Shown one piece after another: positions 26,391 to 39,900 of a stretch of DNA of 64,000 nucleotides. The first letter of the stretch is position 1, and each line of letters begins with the position of its first letter. The notes below the pieces were generated by a model that ran no database searches, was not told where the DNA came from, and saw only the letters and a program-made list of their open reading frames with translations. The stretch spans positions 29,934,388-29,998,387 of the forward strand of contig NC_092670.1 in NCBI RefSeq assembly GCF_964355755.1, in the 5' to 3' direction. Both the position numbers and the translations under genes were made by a program. Source of the DNA: Antedon mediterranea. Taxonomy: Eukaryota > Animalia > Echinodermata.

Positions 26391-29300
26391 GATTGCATGC
26401 GTTATTTTCATCTCCGGTTGTTCATTCCATCAATTCATACGTCGTACTTAAAGTGTAACATGCATGCACTGTTATACTTTGTGGGGTGATGAGAGTGGGA
26501 TGCTACTGTAATCAAGTTAATATATTATTTATTGATATACAGTAATTTAATTAGCTATATCGATGGAATAGTTATTACACGCCTATATTTACACATTTTT
26601 GCAGCCTTCACTATTTATAGAATAAATCAGCATTAAATAAGCCAGTGGATAAATCTTTATTGAATTCATTTGAAAGCAATATGCTATATAACATTGAATG
26701 TGCAACTATAACAATAAAGAAACAAGTATAGAAAAATGGGTAGCTTTAAGAAATACTATTATGCTAATATAGTTTCTAATTTGCTACGATTATCAGAAAA
26801 GGAATTCACTGTGATACGAGTTACAGGTGGTACTGATCTGATTTTATTTCGTTTCATCTTGTATATAAATACATATTGTATAATCCGGGTTGTAAAATGA
26901 AAACAAACAAATGAAAATCTCACAAATTCTTTATGTGTAAAATATTTTAAACGAGATATAGATGGTAATGATGATCATTGTCAAGTGTATAAAAAAATAT
27001 AAGAACATTAATGAAAATAGGAGGTAATACGGAATTCATAAATGTAAAAATGTTACTGATGAATTGTAACGACACTTTGAGAATTAACAAATGTGTTAAA
27101 TAATATGATTTTATGTAATGACATAAGATAATATGAATGTGAATAAAAGTGGTGTAGCGCCACAAAAGAGAGAAAAAAAGCTATCGATGGAATGGTTGGT
27201 ACGAAATCCATGATAATTTAGCTAATTATCTGAAATAAATTCGACGGGAACCTGATTTCACAAGGGACCTCTTATATGAGTTTATGAGGATTCCGTTTAT
27301 ATAGAGGAAATCTCAATATCAGTTCTAGAATTAACCTAAACAGTTCTTTTCTAATGAAGAATCTGGGAAATTTACAATCAAGCAACAACACCACATTCTA
27401 CGTGAATTCTGCTGTACGTGAACTAGCCTTACTACCGCCTGATTATGGTATATAGGCCTACAGTATTAGCTTCAGAATAAATGACGACGCATTCTACAGA
27501 TATTTAAAAAAATGAAAATATTAAATTGGCTTCGTCGAGATGTTGTACCTTGATAGACAGAGCCCCAAGCAGACAGCCCACATTACAGATAATCTGCTCT
27601 GCAGCACAATACAACTGTACATGCGGTGATTCAACTAAAAGCAGTAAAAAGATTTTGGCACACAAGGCGTATCATATCATTTGCGGACCATGACTGAAGC
27701 ACTTCCGCTTCGATCTATTCGACGAAAATAAAAAAAGGATAACTATTTTCTGCTTTATACTGTACTTAATTTAATGTAATGGTGATCTAATAACAGGCGT
27801 AACAACACATAATACATATTGTAGTTTAATACTGACTTAAATATTATTGTTTTATATAAACTGTATTCTAAAAAATGACAATAGAACTTAATTTTGCAAT
27901 AGTACCTAATTTGGCGCCTTAGACGCCAAATTAAGTGCGGTACCTCATTTGGTAGTGGTACCTCATTTGGCGTGACAAGGGACACAGAGCCTACCACTTC
28001 GGGATTGAATAAACTGATCTTTAGGGGGATGACTGACATCACCTATTATACGCAAAGCAGCCTGTAATGATCTATCATTATATAATTCATCCAGGTAGAT
28101 TGGCATATCGCCTATAAGATTACCAGCTCTTTTCACAATTTGATTTAGCCCTTAATTGTATCTTATCTTAAATAAATTACCATAGTTACAAATCAGACAG
28201 TAAAATAATACACTTATATAAATGTGCACAATTAAAAGTGTGTACATATGTGTACACAATTCAAAACTATGATAGGATTTGCCCAATTGTTTTCATTTAA
28301 AAACTTTAATCAATAATTTTAATTGAATAGGGCTAAACATTTTATTCAAATATATAAATTAATTAATTGGGTAACAGATTCATAAAAATCATATAACGAA
28401 ATAAAACTAGATTTTACAGTAATTGGACTTTAACAATTCTGAATAATAATAAAAAACTCATTTAAAGTTTCCATTGCATATGAATTGAGGACCGATTAAC
28501 ATTTACATTATATACTTTTAAAATTAAGCTTTATTGCGACTAGTGTAATCAAGTTGTTGTAATTGCCGCTAAAACAAAATCTAATATTTGAAATATATAT
28601 TTGATATAATATAAATACACTAGATACAATTGATTTTTGAAATTAGGAATGGGGGTCAATATGTGTTGGGAATAACTGTAAAAAGTAAATATGAGCAATG
28701 TTAAATCCAATAATGTTTTATATTTTTTAGTTGTTTTTTTGCAGAAACTTAAAACGAACTGTTTTCGCCATAATGAACCGGTAAGACTCCCTGAAATCAA
28801 TAATGAGGATCCGGAAGAAGATATATTATATTGGTAAAAATACAATGGAAATGTTATCTTTTTTATTAATTAATTATGCTTGCTTTTACTGTCATGTTAA
28901 TATATACCATATATATAGTAAAACAGCGTTTCTTTTGAAAGTGGGACAAGTAGTAGAAAAAAAATACAATTTAGCAATAATAACAATTTTACATTTTGAA
29001 AGGTTTTCGAGGGGTATTTTTGGAAAAAGGGAATAAACGTATAATTATATTTAATAGTTTGCATTATTTTGATTATTAGTATTGGTACTTACATTTTATG
29101 AAGTTAGTCTAAATATAATGAATAAAGTGTGGGAATATTTGGTAAATTAGTTCAATCTTCAAATCTTATGGTGAAACGCGTTATTTATCGAATGACTAAA
29201 CACGTTTCATAATTCTCAGTGAGGTACCTAAAGAAAATAAATAGTTGTTAAAGTGTGTTGCTCACACGAATGAGGAAGAGATATCATTTTATTATTTGCT

Positions 29301-29973
29301 TTAACCCCTGTATATTTAATATTGCTTCATATTAGTACGTTGTATAACATATTTGATTTGTTGGTTTTTTGTCAATAGTATGTTACAGTAGTAGAAATAA
29401 CGTAATCTTTCTTTGGTTGTATTTTTTGTTAGTTTTTAATAGTACAATTGTTTTCCCTAGGCAATGTATTGTATGGTACAGGATATAGAATAAATGTAAA
29501 TAAAATGTCAGGAAAGGTTTATTCATGAATTTTATAATTGTACAGCTATACTAAAACATTATCAAAAACTGAAGAAAACTATTGCATTAGGTAAACTTTT
29601 GGTATCATTTAAGCAAATTATTAACCACACCACAAAATAAGAAGACATTTTTACAGCTACCGAAGACACCATGCACTTTTTCTTCTTTTCTTTTCAAATA
29701 TAAACAGATCAATTATATGCAACGTAATGATCCTTTATAGTAGATCATTTTCTCAATAGTAATATAAAAGAAAATATAATCATCAACACATATTTCACAT
29801 TTATGTTGCTAATTCATTTTATTAAATTTACTAAAATTCTTTTAAATATTGTTATCGCCGGGTTTATACCAAACATTTTCTAATTATCGATTAAACATTT
29901 CTTAGTTTCCAAGCACTTTCATTATTCCAAATTCTATATACCGTCACAAAAGGCAGAACCTAGCTTTGTCATT

Positions 29974-30162
29974 GGGAATTCCCCACTCGGCCTCCCATCT
30001 AAATCAGTGTATTTCAAACTGAAGTTCACACATATCTATAAAACATTTAGCCATCTGGAAAACTACAATACAATATTAATTGTTCGGTGATAAAAAGAAT
30101 TTTATGAGGAAATAGTATCCTAAATACGGGTCTTCTTTTGTGTCTCCACATAGGGAATTCCC
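29974..30162. promoter_or_regulatory. Two perfect palindromic kappaB-like sites (GGGAATTCCC) upstream of gene C
   Basis: GGGAATTCCC at 29974-29983 and 30153-30162, each heading a diverged ~180-bp duplicated unit. A weaker GGGAAATTAC lies at 30726. Confidence 0.5.
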
Positions 30163-30908
30163 TCAGCCTCCCATATAAATCAATATATTTAAATATGAAG
30201 TTCACGCATAGACATAACCGTTAACCAATAAAAACAATATAATATTATACTACTGGTTCGGTATGACGATTTTTGACAAATATTATAGGAGGAAAAAGTA
30301 CAGTTTTTAATAGTGGGTATCAATTGGGCTGGAAAAACAAGCATACTTACTATCCACTTAATTACACAATAAGGTGTACGTGATTGATCTAGTTCCGACG
30401 ACAATAACTACAACATCTTACATGACTATGTGTAGATGCTTTGTAATGACTCAATAACATGAACGTACGATTTAATATTTACTATTAAAAAGCTAATGTA
30501 TTCTGTTTACAGTCCATCATTATTTGTACTTTTTATACATGATACCTGTATTTAGAATGTCAGAGAATATCATTCATTATCATAACTTCTGTAACGTCAA
30601 AGAAAAACGCAAGAAGACAGAATTAAGAACACAACATTTCTTCATTGAATCGTTTTTAAACATTAAAAAAGCAACTTAAAATAAGTGGTTCGGTTTGCTG
30701 TTTATACATAATACGGGTTTGATTCGGGAAATTACCTCATAATTACTCACTAACCATGGCCTATTATTATGAATCGGTGTATTATTTTAATATTTACATA
30801 ATATCAACATTTGAAGAAGATTCGTTTTAATTGTGTTATTTACAATAATGATTGACCTGAAAAATGTTTCTGAATACAAACTAGGTTTCCTTATAACATG
30901 GGCCTTGA

Positions 30909-30915
30909 TATAAAT
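30909..30915 (+). promoter_or_regulatory. Putative TATA box of gene C
   Basis: TATAAAT about 70 bp before the ATG at 30982. An analogous TATAAA precedes gene D. Weak evidence in AT-rich DNA. Confidence 0.3.
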
Positions 30916-30981
30916 ACAACCTTAACTATAGTCAAGACGGCCACATAGACCGAATTGCACTGGAATTAACTCCCTGTAGTC

Positions 30982-33900
30982 ATGGTTAAAATGATGTCTC
31001 ATAAGTACTTGGTAATTGTAATATTTTATTTATGGGTTGATTCTACAATTTGCGTTGAAGTTGCATGTGAACTTAGTAATGATACCAGTTTAAAAGCAGT
31101 TTGCGAATGTACAGCAAGAACAGTGAATTGTAGAAACCGTGGACTCCGTGAATGGCCAGTTGGAATTCCAGTAAATACACGTTATCTGTAAGTTTGTACA
31201 TTGTGTTTGTAAACTTATTATTCTGCTTGTTCACTGTGTAAGTGTTTATTTATTTATTTATTATTAAAAAGATAATACATGACAGTTTATGATGAAGCAT
31301 AAGTGTCTTACTTATCGAAACAATAGATACGCTGATCAACAAAACAGATCAAATCAGTAGTCTTTGTTTTCATTGTGTGTCGATTCCATAATTCATTATG
31401 ACCTGCTTGCCCGATGAACAATTTATGAAACATAGCATAAGAACATTATAACAGCACATACTTGACATTAGCATAGTGTAGGTATTTGTTGATTTACTTT
31501 CCGACGGATGAATGAATTGACGGGAGAAATGGGATTAGAAAGTCACCCGGAATTATACACATACAAACACATGGTACCGTTTTGGTTCTGTAGTGTGCCG
31601 TTTAGAAATAATATGAGTGATGTACCACCATGCCAACAAAGCAAAAACATTATAACATGAACCTAATTATATTTCATCTTTTTTGTGTCATCACCGATAT
31701 GGTTTTTTTTTTGTGGAATTATAATAATAGCAATATAATACATTACTTAAAATGAGAAAAGCAGAGAGTGTATTACTCTCTGTCATTAATTTTTTATTTT
31801 ATAGTTACATGAATGATAATAACTTGAGAACAATTGATGACGATACGTTGTTAGAGTTACGGAATCTTTTAATTATGTAAGTTTTAAATAACAGTATCTT
31901 AGCAAATATGTTTGACATGCATATTTGCAGGTTAAACTAAATATTATAACCTTCTTTAGAAGGAAAAGAGAAAATGTAGAAAATAAGCGACAAAACAATA
32001 ATTGTGGTAATTGATTAATGATTAGTATTACGTTAACGTTTCAAACCATGTTTATATCGACAGAGAAATTAATAACAATTCACTTACAAGATTACCAACA
32101 TTTCCGAAGTCAATCGGTAGCGTGTAAGTAGTATATTTTTAAAAGATAAATTAGCAATAAGTGTTCATGTTAAAATATCCAAAGTCAATAGGCCTATATG
32201 CATATTATTGTTATTTTGTTTTTAGTTATGCCTACTAGTGTTATTTTTTCAACATTAATATTCAATAAGTTACGTGACAGTATTTTAGTATTTAGTATCA
32301 AACTAAATCTGTAGTTTAATAGTGGCTTGAATATATCATAATATTATCATCGTGAAATTGTACTGTTCGCATGTCTTTATATTATCGTAATTGCTACGAT
32401 ATCGTAGCATGATTATATTTTACTAGAGGGTAAGCTCGTTTCACTCGCCCCCACCCTTCCAGTAAGTGTAGACGATGGTTCTCGGAATGATAAAGACTCT
32501 TAGAAAGACGTTCTGGCTGGACGTTTCGGTCGGTGTTACCATTATTGAAATGCTTGATATTCGTAAAACTAAACCTACTCTGTTTCATAGTGTCTTATAA
32601 TTATGATTAAAGTCTAGTCTTTATAGGGGGGAGACGGAGGAGACGGAGTTCATTTGAGGGAGGTGCTTATTCGAGGGATACGTTTCATTTTTTGGTTTTA
32701 ATAATATGGTAACATTTACAATCCAATAAAATCCTCTAATAGAAATGAAAAGTGGTAAAAAAGAATAACAAATGCAGGGTAAATTGTAGATAACATTCCG
32801 ATGAATTCTACTACAATAATAGTATAATTGTGTTATAAATATAATACAATATTGGGGGGATGTCGATTATAATCTAAGTGATGTTTTATAAGTTGTTGGG
32901 CGTTTATTCAAATAAATGCCATCCTAATTGGTATAATTAATACATTATTTAGATCTTTTGAAACTAACTAACGTTTCGGCCTAAAAGGGAAGACGTTTTA
33001 GACAGCTAGAAACATAGGCAGAAGTGTCCCAGGCTCCTAACGGGACACAAATAGCCCACAGTTATTCCTGCCAGAGCTTACTCAACAAAACTCGATTTAA
33101 AAAAAAGGTCTTATCATCATTTATCCCGATGTAATTTTATATACACAATATACTCCTATGATTTAAGAATATATTTAATTTGATCTTTATTAATTTGCAG
33201 TATAATTTTTATTTTGTAACTACTGTACCTTCACATGCGTGTTCGAAAAAGAATGGCTATCACCACCAACGGCCAACTTAGTTAAAACCAGCATGACTCA
33301 CCGTGAACCGGGAAATTTTGTTTAAAAACCCTAAGATAATCGTAATAGTATGTTATCAAATCATGGAATGTGGGTTGATTGAGAATCGAAAAACATGTAC
33401 CTACTATTTTCTTTTTCCGTTCATCAATTCTCAACCAGTCATTTTAAAATTTGAACAATAGGTACTTTAAACATTATATTTTCATATTATTTGTGTCTTT
33501 GATTTAAAATATTGCATCAACCCTGTTGTTTTCATTGCCTTTTAATTGGGCAACAAATCTAATTGTCAATCACCTCAGGTTGTCACAGAAACTCCAATCA
33601 AAAAGCATCATACTTTTAGATCTCCAAAAATGGGCGGTCATAAACTGCAAATAAGGATTTCCCTCATCAAGTTCATGAGGTGGCCAGTTGTAGAGGGTGT
33701 TAGTAATCTGGTTGAAATTATTTATTATTCATTGAATAATTGATATTTCTGCTAATTTTCAACAGCATTTGAAAGAAGACATGTGTACCTTTCCAACAAT
33801 GTATTATCTGCCAACAAATATTAATCTACTAATTAAAAATGGAATTTAAAATTGGTCTATTTTGAACTTTAATGTGCTGTGTGTGTGACCTCAACCTGTA

Positions 33901-36900
33901 GGCATGCATCTGAATACCCTTTAGAGACAACGTGACTTCACGGCGGTACAAATTAGAAATTCTTCCGCAGTCTGTTGATTCGCGTCAACCAATCAAAGGG
34001 CGATAATTCAAAATCGTTCAATCGTGAGCCCTCATAGACTCTCTTTTCCCATATGTTTTGTTGGGTCCAGCAGCTGGGACCTATACATTATAGTCGAGTT
34101 TAAAATTTCTTAAAACTGTTGGCCTTAGAACTATAGCTACCGCAATGATAAAGCTTCTTAATGAGTATGTCCTCTCGGGACATAGCTGGCTAAAGCCACG
34201 TCGCGAACAAATATCAGTATCAGTAGAACTGCAACACATCAATTATATTCAATAGCATCATTCGGTAGTGTGCAGAGTAGGTGTTTTACTGATATTTTTT
34301 GTGTACTCACGTACACTATTTAAGGTATGTCAGAACAATAACAGAAACGACAACGCGTGTTCGTTGTCAATTTTCCACATTCGGTCTTTTATTCTCAAGC
34401 AACACTATCTTGAAATAATTTCATTTGGAATAATTACTTCACCTCAGTGTTTTTTAGGGCGCTGATCGAGTTTTTATGCGACATTGATTGACGCTGGTTC
34501 CCCACGCGATTTACAGAATTGTGCCCTTACGTAAAGTTATGTACTGTATAGATGACATCTATGATACCATCATATTCATAACACCTCTTTCTTTCTGTTT
34601 GAATACATTGAGCGATATGTGTAAGACTACGGTAATAGCATTTAGGATTAACATTGGAACAAATCTAAGTGTATTGCTACACGTGATAATTGATTAATGC
34701 AGTAGGCCTAAATTCAAAATGCAACATTTTTAATTCGTCAGGTATGCAAAACACAACTTGCTGACAGACATATCGACAGCTTTTAATAATCTTCCAAGAC
34801 TTCATACCATGTAAGTTACAATTATCAATGATTTCTTTTTATTGATTGTATCTAATAAAAAGTAAAATAAAAGAACCACATTAAACGTGTTTTGTCGTCA
34901 TCATCATAGCTGTTAATATTGCTATTATTATCATCACCATACACACCCAATACACCTCAGTACATACACAATCAATTATTAACATATTCATTGTCCATAA
35001 TACAACAGAATCAAACACAATCGCACTAGCATTCAAATTGTTCATATATACTATAGAAAATGAAAGTATGTTTATATGATTTATACAGATGTTTTCTTGT
35101 TTGTTTAATGCGTCATATCAATGCATCCTATTTTAAACGTTGGAAATTATTAATTATTATTATTATTAATTACATGATCAAGTTTTCTTTAATCCTAAGT
35201 ACCTTTACATATATTTCGTTTATTTTGTATTACCAAGATATTATGATGCCTGATATCAAGATCATTAATTTTGTTATTTATAAAAATGTTTAATTATTAT
35301 AATCATCGTACATTACACTAATTCAAACTATTAAATTATTCCTTCATAGAGACATTCAAAATAACAATATCATAGAATTAAGCAATACTACGTTTAATGG
35401 TTCACCATTCATAACGACCTTGTAAGTATAACTTCGATAGAAATGTTATTTATAACTGAATTACTACTGTTGCATTAATTTCCACCACCACTGCAGAACT
35501 GAACTTCAGTACCAAAAATTACAACAAATGACCGATCAGTTGCCCACAACTAAAACAAATCATTTATTTTTTTAGTGACATTTCATATAACCATTTACAT
35601 AGCATTGAAGCTTTCACTTTTGCAAGCCTCCAAAATACGTCATTAATTCTGTAAGTTTTTTTTGTACAATTTTATGTTTTAAATAAACTGTTAGTAGATG
35701 TTTGTATTCGGAGTTATTATGATACAAGCGCATAATGTTAAGATACCGCTAATGACCGTTATTTGTAAACATGGTTATTCTTTTCATAATGATGTTTTAA
35801 ATTATTTCTTATATTTTCCATAATATTACGAATAATTTTCTCTACTTTATTTATTATTTCATTACATTTGGAAACATAATTTAATCTAAAATCTAATTTA
35901 AATTTAAAAATAAACAGTACCGCAACTCACCGAATGATAAAGCGCAATGTCTTGTAACGTTTCCGTTACATTATACAAAGAATGTGGATAGGTATAATAC
36001 TGCAGTTATCATGATGACAAAGGAATCATTCTATGTATGACTCTTATTTAGTTTTAACAAAGCAACATATCACAATTACTTGGTATTTTCCATATTGTAC
36101 TCAAACTAATTGTATTTTATACATGAAAAAAGAAACACACAGCTACACTGTGTTAGGCAATGGTCCACACCACACCAAAGAAGTTAACCAATATAAACGA
36201 CAGAGCAAATCAATCATTTTTCTAATCCTATGACGCGCGCATTATAAAACCTTTAGAATAATATATATATAATAGACATATATGTAATCTTGCTGTAAGA
36301 ACACTGGATGTATTTTCATAGTCAATATAATTAGGATGTTAGGTAAATATTCAACTTTATTAGTCGCGTGCAACCAACTCTACAGCTCACTATGTCGGTC
36401 GGTCGGTCGGTTGGTCGGTCGGTTGGTCGGTAAACACACGTGGCCTTGTCTTGATATCAGTTTCATCTATCTAAGTCAATTTTCAGATTATATTCCTTAT
36501 GGCCAGGACTCGATGTGATTATGTTTTTCACGGTGTGCAATCCAAAATTACGCAGTCTACGCAAGATTTAACAAAATCACGTTTGTAATCATATCTTCAC
36601 AAGCATGAATCACAATTAAATAAAAATTGGTACTCATAAATTTCAGGTCATATTTCATCATTTGGCAATACAATTACGTGCGTGGCGCATATAACGCATG
36701 CGTACGCGCACTTAAAATTTTCAACATTTATTTTCGATGAAATTAGAGTACGTTTCAGTCAATTTTAAGCGTTTAACAAACTGCAATGAGTGCGCAGATT
36801 TTGGCACGCGCCCTGCACGTTTAACGTTAATACGCACTCTTTTTGCCCGATTTAATAATTTCATCATATTTGATTCACTTTCCAACTCGAAATTACGTTA

Positions 36901-39900
36901 TACGAGCACGTCAACATTGACAGGCTACGCACGTGTAAATAAAAAAAAATATAAATGTTTGGTTGGTCGGTAAGCACTAACTTGAGCACGCGACTGCAGC
37001 CATGTATATGGCCTTGTTGTATATAAACCCACACAACTTAAAGTGTAATCTCTCAATACGGGTTAACTGAGATTCAAAAGCAGATGAAAAAATAACAGAA
37101 CAATACTCAATATTAGAATCAACTATAGGAACGATATAAACAAATAATAGCACTGGAGCTAGATATGTCTATACAATGTCTCCAAATGAATTCAAGCATT
37201 TTATTTCCCTTAAAGATAATGTAGTAAATGTGTTTACAAAATGTAAGTTTAATATCGATATAAATTCCTAGGTCATGGTGAACTAACACTTTGTCTAAAA
37301 TAATTGCGTTGATCCTATAAGAGAAACACTTGTGTTCCAGTTTAAAGAAACAGACATTGATTTACACTTGGAGATATTGAAAGACAAGCCCCAGTGCTGA
37401 CTCTCCATGCAAGAACAATACCAAGGTCCTCCTTGGCATCATTATCAGAGCCTACAACACGATGGAGCTTCAGGTCATCTAAAGATTCGATTGCCATAAA
37501 CTATTTTCAAAATTGAGATCAAATAACCGGATGTGGTCGGCCTATTTGATTCAGTTTCAAACCTAATTATATACACATTTAACCCACGGCTCCGATCTAT
37601 GATTTAGGAACAAAGATGTTATAAACTTAAGTTTAAAGTTGTGTAATTTCTGAAGATATTCTGTCGGTCGAAATTCCTGTGTTTGTAAATATGTTCAAAC
37701 TTTCAATTTGTATATATTATATATGTATCTCTTATAATAGTGAATAATTTTAGCTTCTCCTATCAGTCTACTGCATATTCATCATAACAGAGTATTTTTT
37801 TCATCAGTACAGTATTTATTATATTTTTTTGATATTTTAGGTCTATTAATTTTAACCCACAACTCAAAGAGCTTTGTGAAAATTCATTTGCTTTGACAAC
37901 AATGTTTAGTGTTACAATGTAAGTAGAGAAGATTACACTACTGTTGTTGAAGTAAACAATATACACTTACTTATAAACAAAATTACAACCAAATACACCG
38001 TTTACCAACGTCACAACATTACACTCACAAAAACAAAATAATACACCCACAACAATATTGTCGATTTTGTTTTTTTAAGTAGGCTTATAAACACCACATA
38101 AGACTATCATTCAAATATATGAGCAATCTAAATAATTCCAACATTTTATGTGTGCCCAAAGTTTTCGGAAAAAGCAAAATATAAACGTACTGTATCTGTG
38201 ATTGAGGTACCTGTTTATATCTTCTTTTTCAATAGAGTGATTGCATACAACCATAATCTTGTAAACCTTTCTAGTGGAACTTTCAAAAACTTGTCAACTG
38301 GAAGCTTCATGTGGGTAAAATTATCAATCTATGACGATAGTTATGATTATTATGATGTTGCTTATGGTAATTGTAAGGATGAGTAAAATATGAGAGGATT
38401 AAGTAAATTAACACTAATTAAGCCGATTCTTTAATCATCTTGTTTCTACGTGAATATGGTTATCAAATGAAGAGTTTCTAATTCATTTTTTAGGCTTACG
38501 AAAAGTAAGAATATACAAATGTTTTGGATTTTTTGACTGCACAATTTAAATTTGAGAGGTTGCAGTAGGGTTTTGAGCTTAGCTTGACATTTTAGTGATC
38601 CGTACCATAATTGTTTCTTTGAATATATTAGACATTTACACAGAAATGGTTTGCGAAGCATACCATCAAAAGCTTTTCAAGGCGGAAACATTAGCTATAT
38701 GTAAGTATTGTTTACTAAAAACAAAATTAAATACAATTTCTACTGTAACTTGTAATGAAACTTACTGACTTATAATTATATAAATATTCTCTTAAAGTGT
38801 CTAAATAAATTATAAAAATACACATATCAAACAGACACAAAATCAGGGAAAACGATGGTAAACATAACTACATTAGACCATGTAACTCAACCGCTGTTTT
38901 TTTCAAACCTATTTGCATAACTCGAACACACGACGAATGCACAACACACTCCTGCTCTGTTTTCCAGAAAACTTGAAGACAACCAAATTCGATTTATACA
39001 TAAGGACGCCTTTATTGCATTGGACAATATTGAAGAACTGTAAGTACAGTGATGTATATTAAAATCGATGTTGTCATGACATTGACACAAATACTATCAA
39101 TCTGCACTTTTGGGCCGCCCCTGTTTTTAAAACTTTGTTATGCAAAGAATTGATATAGTTTGTATTATTATTGTGCGCTGCCATTATTGCAAGATATTAA
39201 AACATATTGCAGGGCTGGTGTTTGTTCAGAAATAGTTGACATGTTAGACCCACTCCCCTCGTTGCTGAGGATATGGATTTAAACGATTTGTTGTTGTTTT
39301 TAAATAATAATAAGAGGCCTTGTTTTAATTTTTTCCACTTATCTAAATGTTTTAAATTTCTAATCATAGTCTTATTTTGTTGTTGTATTAATACTTTAAC
39401 TTTATAAAGACGACTAGCTTATAACAATCTTACGGAAATACCAATCTTACCCGCTAACAGCAAGTTTAGACTACTGTGAGTATTTTTTTTAATGTACAGT
39501 ACTCAACTTGCGTCACTGATAGCGCGAAACAAGAGATAATACCAAATAAATAACCTGTAGCTTTGTCTAAAACCGATGTTCAAACGCTGTTTGTATTTAC
39601 TCAATATAGCGCCCTGTATAATATATGTATGTTAAAAGTACAGCATTTATGCAGACAGCATACACTTTATATAGTTATACAGATACATACCTCTTGACAG
39701 AATCAGAATCTTTAATATTTACACCATTTTTATTTCTAAAATTAAGAATTTGTGTTTTTGTCTCTGAATTTGTGACTTCTTGTAAGAGTTAAAAAGCGTT
39801 ACTCGCATAGATAATATAATTATTCCTATTTATAATATTAATGTCATTACTATTGCTATTGTTATTACTATTGCCTATTATTATTATTATTAGTGTTAGT

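Noticed and set aside
26400-29900. Short hydrophobic ORFs in the intergenic region
   Set aside because: AT-rich chance ORFs with no motif, splice pattern or paralog support.
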